64,000 nt of DNA from Candidatus Gottesmanbacteria bacterium (lineage in GTDB: Bacteria; Patescibacteriota; Microgenomatia; JAMCYU01). The position numbers and the translations under genes were made by a program. The DNA is taken from assembly GCA_043801155.1 (NCBI GenBank), contig JAZDMI010000021.1, positions 66,683 to 130,682 of the forward strand. The letters run 5' to 3'. Under the pieces are notes generated by a model. The model was given only the letters and a program-made list of their open reading frames with translations, was not told where the DNA came from and did not search any database. Positions 58,959-64,000 of this stretch are shown here, one piece after another; position 1 is the stretch's first letter; each line of letters opens with the position of its first letter.

Positions 58959-60317
58959 TTAATTGGGTAAATTCTCTCCCATATTTTTAATTCTTCCCAA
59001 TAAATATTCTCGTTCATTTGGTTTACTCTTTTCAACCACTTCATTAAAAAGCTCATTTAGAACTTGGCCAACTTTTGGTCCCGGACCGATATTAAGAATT
59101 TTCATTACATCATTGCCGTCAACTTTCAAATCAGCAACCGTAAACGGTTGTTTCTGGACTTCGATTAATCTTTTTTTAAATTCTTCCAGTCTCCAGGAAG
59201 TTTCCCTGGCCCCGCCGCCCAATCGATCACCAACCCGAAGGTCAAGCATATCTTTAAGATTATCTTGACCGACACGTTTAATAAATCTTCTAATCGCCGA
59301 ATCAGTTTGTCTTTCGTCAATAGTAAATTGGTGCCAGCGGACAAGGGTAACTAATTTATCCTTATCTTTTTTGGAGAAATGTAGCCTGTCAGCAATATTT
59401 TTAACAATAGAAGTACTTATTAATTCATGATTATAAAAAGTTATTATTCCTTTTTCGTCCTTTTTAAAAACTACTGGTTTGCCAATATCATGAAGAAGAG
59501 TTGCCAATCTGGTTAGGGGATCGTTTGATGGACAAAATTTAAGCGCTAAAAATGAATGTGTCCCGACATCATAAATATGGTGTCTGCCGGGAGACGCCTG
59601 GTTGACTCCAAAGCCTTTTTCCAGCTCGGGAAAAATTTCTCTTAAGAGACCAGAATTTCGTAAAAGCATAAATCCATCAAAAGGATTTTTACTTGATAGT
59701 ATCTTAAAAAGTTCATCACGGATTCTTTCACCGGAAATTCGTTTAATTAAAGTCGCGTTGTCAATAATTGCCTGAAAGGTTTTTACTTCGATTAAAAATT
59801 CAAGTTCGGTGGCAATTCGGATAGCCCGAAGCAGTCTTAAGGCATCTTCGGAAAATCTTTTTTCCGGGTCACCAACAGATCGGATAATTTTATTTTTAAT
59901 ATCATTTTGTCCATTAAAGGGATCAATAAAAACAGGTGCATCTTTCGGTAAGCTTAAGCAGATACTATTAATGGTGAAGTCTCTTCTGGCTAAATCTTCT
60001 TCCAGGCTTTTACCCCAGGTAATTTGATCAGGATGACGGCGGTCTGAATAATTGCGCTCAGTTCGAAACGTAGTAATTTCATATATCTCGTTATTTTCTT
60101 GAGGAATTTTTACTGTACCATAAGTATTATCATAAAAAGCATCCGGAAAGAGAGTCAGTATTTGTTCCGGGAGAGAATTAGTTGTAAAATCCCAATTTTT
60201 CGTTGGTTTACCCATTAGTAAATCACGAACAGACCCACCAACAGCATAAATTTCAAAATTATTTTTTTGAAAAGTCTTAAAAATATTTAAAACCTGGGGT
60301 GGTAATTTATAAGCCAT
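58959..60317 (-). CDS. cca: CCA tRNA nucleotidyltransferase (with HD domain)
   Basis: VGGSVRD, DLARRDFTIN, EDALRLLRA, LLHDIGK. Confidence 0.93.
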   Translation of the reverse strand: MAYKLPPQVLNIFKTFQKNNFEIYAVGGSVRDLLMGKPTKNWDFTTNSLPEQILTLFPDAFYDNTYGTVKIPQENNEIYEITTFRTERNYSDRRHPDQITWGKSLEEDLARRDFTINSICLSLPKDAPVFIDPFNGQNDIKNKIIRSVGDPEKRFSEDALRLLRAIRIATELEFLIEVKTFQAIIDNATLIKRISGERIRDELFKILSSKNPFDGFMLLRNSGLLREIFPELEKGFGVNQASPGRHHIYDVGTHSFLALKFCPSNDPLTRLATLLHDIGKPVVFKKDEKGIITFYNHELISTSIVKNIADRLHFSKKDKDKLVTLVRWHQFTIDERQTDSAIRRFIKRVGQDNLKDMLDLRVGDRLGGGARETSWRLEEFKKRLIEVQKQPFTVADLKVDGNDVMKILNIGPGPKVGQVLNELFNEVVEKSKPNEREYLLGRIKNMGENLPN

Positions 60318-60390
60318 AATGCTATTATATCATCATTCGATAAAATGAATTGCTGAGGTGGGTACGAAAATTTATGGTGTAATATATCAT

Positions 60391-62070
60391 ATGAAAAAAT
60401 GGCAAATTGTTAATAACTTAAAGACTAAAGATAATAAACAAAGGATAGATGAAATAATTAAACTTCTCTTAGAAAATCGGGGACTTAAAACAAATAAACA
60501 AATTGATGAATTTTTAAATCCTCCTAATCCCATTAGCCAGACCCTAAATCCCAGTACCCTTGGTATTAATGCGCATCAGCTTAAAAAAGCTATCCAGCGT
60601 ATAGAAAAAGCGATCGATAATAAAGAGTCAATAGTGGTTTATGGCGATTATGATGCTGATGGAATATGTGGAACAGCTCTTTTATGGGAATCTCTTAATA
60701 AGTTGGGAGCAAAAGTTATGCCCTATATTCCCCATCGGGTAGATGAAGGTTATGGATTATCACAAAAAGGCATCGATACAGTAAAAAGTGAATATAATGC
60801 CGATTTAATTATTACGGTTGACCATGGAATCGGGGCCGTTGAAAAAATTAATTATGCTAAAAAACAAGAAATAGAAGTAATCATCACTGATCATCATGTT
60901 GTCCCTGATAAATTGCCAGACGCTTTAGCGATAATCCATACGACTCAACTTTGTGGAGCCGGCGTTGCCTGGATGTTAGTGAAAGAAATTATCCAAACAA
61001 CCAAAAACTCCGAACTTATAACGCAAAACTCCCTTGACCTGGTGGCGATAGCCACGATTGCCGACATGGTGCCATTAACCGAAGCCAATCGTACATTAGT
61101 TATATACGGATTAAAAGAATTAAACCACACTAAAAGAATTGGACTTCAGGCTTTAATGAGAGAGGCGGGAATTGAACGGGGAGGAATTGGTACGTATGAA
61201 ATCAGTCATTTATTGGCACCAAGGTTAAATGCTATGGGTAGATTAGAACATGCAATGGATAGTCTTAGACTCTTATGCACTAATGATGAAAAACGTAGCT
61301 TTGAATTAGCTAAACTTTTGGATAAAACTAACCGGGCCCGCCAGGACCTGGTTGAACAAACCTTAATTCATGCTAAAAATTATTATCATGAGACTGAAAA
61401 CAAAGCGAATAAATTAATTTTTCTTCATCACGAATCTTATCAGCAGGGAGTAATTGGATTAGTGGCCGGAAAATTAGTCGAGGAATTTTACCGTCCGGCG
61501 ATTGTTGTTTCTTGGGGAGAAACTTACTCGAAGGCTTCAGCCCGTTCAATTAATGGGTTTAATATTATTGAAACCATTAGGAAAGCACAAGATTTATTAG
61601 TCGACTGCGGTGGTCATCCGATGGCGGCTGGTTTTACCGTTGAAACTAAAAATCTTATATCTTTACAAAAAAAATTAGTGGACATTGCTAATCAAGAGCT
61701 TGATGACGAAAAATTAACCAGGGTTTTAAAAATAGATTGTGAACTAAAATTAGACGATTTGACCTTTAATCTTTATGAGGAGCTTAGTAAATTTAAGCCT
61801 TTTGGATTAGGAAATCCGGAACCGGTTTTTACGAGTAAAGGGGTTATTGTTGAAGACGTCAGAATAATTGGATCTGGTGGTAAACATCTGAGGATGACAA
61901 TATCTGATGATTCATCAACCATTTTTCCGGCGATTGCATTTTGCTTTGGCGGACTTTGTGCAAAACTAAAACCAGACCATCCGATTGATATTGCTTATAC
62001 TTTATCAGTTAACGAATGGAAGGGTAATAAAAAATTAGAACTTAAGATTAAAGATATAAGACTAGTCTAA
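60391..62070 (+). CDS. recJ: ssDNA exonuclease RecJ
   Basis: YGDYDADG, TVDHG, TDHH, GGHPMAAG. Confidence 0.96.
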   Translation: MKKWQIVNNLKTKDNKQRIDEIIKLLLENRGLKTNKQIDEFLNPPNPISQTLNPSTLGINAHQLKKAIQRIEKAIDNKESIVVYGDYDADGICGTALLWESLNKLGAKVMPYIPHRVDEGYGLSQKGIDTVKSEYNADLIITVDHGIGAVEKINYAKKQEIEVIITDHHVVPDKLPDALAIIHTTQLCGAGVAWMLVKEIIQTTKNSELITQNSLDLVAIATIADMVPLTEANRTLVIYGLKELNHTKRIGLQALMREAGIERGGIGTYEISHLLAPRLNAMGRLEHAMDSLRLLCTNDEKRSFELAKLLDKTNRARQDLVEQTLIHAKNYYHETENKANKLIFLHHESYQQGVIGLVAGKLVEEFYRPAIVVSWGETYSKASARSINGFNIIETIRKAQDLLVDCGGHPMAAGFTVETKNLISLQKKLVDIANQELDDEKLTRVLKIDCELKLDDLTFNLYEELSKFKPFGLGNPEPVFTSKGVIVEDVRIIGSGGKHLRMTISDDSSTIFPAIAFCFGGLCAKLKPDHPIDIAYTLSVNEWKGNKKLELKIKDIRLV

Positions 62071-62126
62071 TAGAAAATCTTTTTCCTAACTTCGTTCGGA
62101 ATAAAACCTGTTGATGCTGAATAAAA

Positions 62127-62699
62127 TTAGTGGATTAGCCTTCTGATCGGTTTTTTAAATTCCCATACTAAATGAATTAATCCACATGTGGGTACTTCTT
62201 GAGCTATTCGTTCTCTTGCTTTCTCAATCAAAAAAGAATTCCTTGTATCTTCAATATATCGATATTTATTTACACGAAGGACAGCCATCGTGATGGTTAA
62301 AGCTCTATCGGTAAAAATACTCATCGGATCTGCTGGGTGCCCTAATTTTTCAGCAAGCTGTCTATCTTTTTCAGAGAGCCTGGGAATCTCCAATATACAG
62401 TTTCCTTTGTTGCTTTTTAGGTAAGCACGAACAAAACCTCGGATTTGTCTGCCAGATGTGGTAGCGGTTTCTAAATATGCATGTGCGTGTTGTCTCCCAA
62501 ATTGGGCAAATGCGATGACAATTGGTGCTGTTTCTTGTTGCGGTACACCAATACCGATAGCACTGTTACGAGGAATTTTATAACTGGGTGGCCATGGTAT
62601 AGCCATACGTTCTCGATCGCCAACAACTTTCAGGAGAACGAATTGACCTCTATATTTCTCTATTTCTTGATCAAAAATTATTTGTTGTTCCTTATTCAT
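62127..62699 (-). CDS. Hypothetical protein
   Basis: 190-aa ORF downstream of the attenuator. Confidence 0.65.
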   Translation of the reverse strand: MNKEQQIIFDQEIEKYRGQFVLLKVVGDRERMAIPWPPSYKIPRNSAIGIGVPQQETAPIVIAFAQFGRQHAHAYLETATTSGRQIRGFVRAYLKSNKGNCILEIPRLSEKDRQLAEKLGHPADPMSIFTDRALTITMAVLRVNKYRYIEDTRNSFLIEKARERIAQEVPTCGLIHLVWEFKKPIRRLIH

Positions 62700-62704
62700 A
62701 TTTG

Positions 62705-62908
62705 TTATTTATTTTTTTGTCCAAGCATGAAATCTTCTCTTAATGCATGAAATCCATAATTATCAGGGTAAGGAGATATTTTTTCCACCAGAGGTGGTTG
62801 TACTGCTTCAGCCCTTTGTCCTGATAACTCCATATCTGTTTCACTTTCTTCTTTCATTAATTTAGCAACATCGGCATCATTAAAATTTGTTTCCTGCTCT
62901 TTTAGCAT
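62705..62908 (-). CDS. Small acidic hypothetical protein
   Basis: SD GGTGGTGA upstream; first gene after the attenuator. Confidence 0.6.
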   Translation of the reverse strand: MLKEQETNFNDADVAKLMKEESETDMELSGQRAEAVQPPLVEKISPYPDNYGFHALREDFMLGQKNK

Positions 62909-62930
62909 AAATTTTCACCACCTTTCCCAT

Positions 62931-62960
62931 AAAAAAACCTCCAGTTTTATCTAGGAGGTT
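62931..62960 (-). terminator. Attenuator terminator
   Basis: AACCTCC-TAGATAAAACT-GGAGG then T-run. Confidence 0.8.
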
Positions 62961-62995
62961 GGTTGGTAATTTTATTAAATTTATTGCCTAATTCT

Positions 62996-63070
62996 TTACC
63001 AACCTCCACTAAAATCCTTATTAAGGACTCTAGATCGGAGGCTGATAATAATAGAATTAGTTGTTATCAT
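62996..63070 (-). CDS. Leader peptide MITTNSIIISLRSRVLNKDFSGGW
   Basis: 24 codons plus stop between the promoter (TTGACA 63106-11) and the terminator. Confidence 0.7.
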   Translation of the reverse strand: MITTNSIIISLRSRVLNKDFSGGW

Positions 63071-63139
63071 GGGCTAAATTATTTATAACATAGTTAAATA
63101 CTACTTGTCAAGGTAAATAAACAAATGTAAAATGAGGCT

Positions 63140-64000
63140 ATGGATAGAATATTAATTTCGGAAACACCAAACCTTATTGATCAAAAAGTAAAATTGTTAG
63201 GATGGGTAAACAGCAAGCGTAATCATGGCAAGATAATTTTTATTGACCTAAGAGACAGAAGCGGTTTAGTCCAAATTGTTGGTGGTCAAGATTTAAACGC
63301 ACTGCGGTTGGAAGATGTCGTTGAAATTAATGGATTGGTTAAAAAACGGCCGCAAACAATGGTAAATCCCAAAATTTTAACCGGGCAAATTGAAATCGAA
63401 TGCCAGGAAATCAAAGTTGTATCTAAAGCCCAAGAGCTACCTTTTGATATGGGTCAGGAAGAATTAAAAGTCAGTTTGCCAACACTACTTGATTACCGTT
63501 CATTAACCCTAAGACACCCAAGGGTAAAAAAAATTTTTCAAGTTCAGGCAGCCATTATCGAAGGATTTCGTCAATCAGCTCAAAAATTGGACTGTGTCGA
63601 AGTAGTCGTCCCGACGATTGCCGCTTCTTCAACCGAGGGAGGGGCCGATGTCTTTTCGATTGATTATTTTGGTAAAAAGGCGTTTCTAACCCAAAGCCCG
63701 CAGCTTTATAAACAAATTTTAATAACCGTCTTTGAGCGAGTTTTCGTTATTACTAAAGCCTATCGGGCTGAGCCATCAGTTACTACCAGACACCTGACAG
63801 AAGCAACACAAATGGATTGTGAGTTTTGTTTTGTTGAATTTGCAGATCTTCTTAATTTATTAGAACAAGTTGGCACAGAAACTTTAAGATATGTTCAGGA
63901 TAAATGTAAAAAAATTCTAGAAGAATTCGGGGTAGAGCCGTTATCTTTTGGAAAAATTCCCAGATTAACATTAAGGGAAGCGCAAGAAGTAATTTTTAAA
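63140..64000 (+). CDS. aspS: Aspartate--tRNA ligase, archaeal/non-discriminating type (3' partial)
   Basis: GWV..KRNHGKIIFIDLRD, TEGGA, QSPQLYKQ, YRAEPS..RHLTE. Confidence 0.88.
   Translation, partial: MDRILISETPNLIDQKVKLLGWVNSKRNHGKIIFIDLRDRSGLVQIVGGQDLNALRLEDVVEINGLVKKRPQTMVNPKILTGQIEIECQEIKVVSKAQELPFDMGQEELKVSLPTLLDYRSLTLRHPRVKKIFQVQAAIIEGFRQSAQKLDCVEVVVPTIAASSTEGGADVFSIDYFGKKAFLTQSPQLYKQILITVFERVFVITKAYRAEPSVTTRHLTEATQMDCEFCFVEFADLLNLLEQVGTETLRYVQDKCKKILEEFGVEPLSFGKIPRLTLREAQEVIFK

Noticed and set aside
1-64000. Autonomous IS, prophage, DGR, retron or group I/II intron
   Set aside because: No transposase, integrase, reverse transcriptase, homing endonuclease or phage structural motifs in any ORF.

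Overview
Low-GC chromosomal window from a CPR/Patescibacteria bacterium, probably Microgenomates. This is inferred from the missing rpmD between rpsE and rplO, the many apparently leaderless genes, the archaeal-type AspRS and standard code 11. It holds the end of the spc-alpha ribosomal operon (rplF to rpsI, with three tandem NMP kinases), tRNA-Pro, recA-recX-rny-hup, miaB/miaA, RNase P RNA, an OmpR-type two-component system with MacAB/ABC exporters, a lexA-orf-dinB cassette, a ComM/YifB ATPase, secDF, cca, recJ and partial aspS. No transposase, integrase, reverse transcriptase, CRISPR array or prophage is visible. The unusual signal is at small scale. (1) Three times, a gene terminus is duplicated with only synonymous differences and a hairpin element lies between the copies (rpsK start, miaB start, macB end). 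(2) A covarying hairpin family ending in AATAA has six copies. Two are composites bounded by AATAACA, one sits in-frame in miaA, and one supplies the -35 box of rnpB. (3) GC-rich CCWGCC...GGCRGG palindromes sit in proteins, in RNase P RNA, and nested at the same TG^AA site of the first family. (4) Heptamer-type repeats expand in-frame in housekeeping genes. (5) A complete Ile-leader-peptide attenuator precedes genes of unknown function. All family assignments come from motif recognition by eye; no database searches were run.
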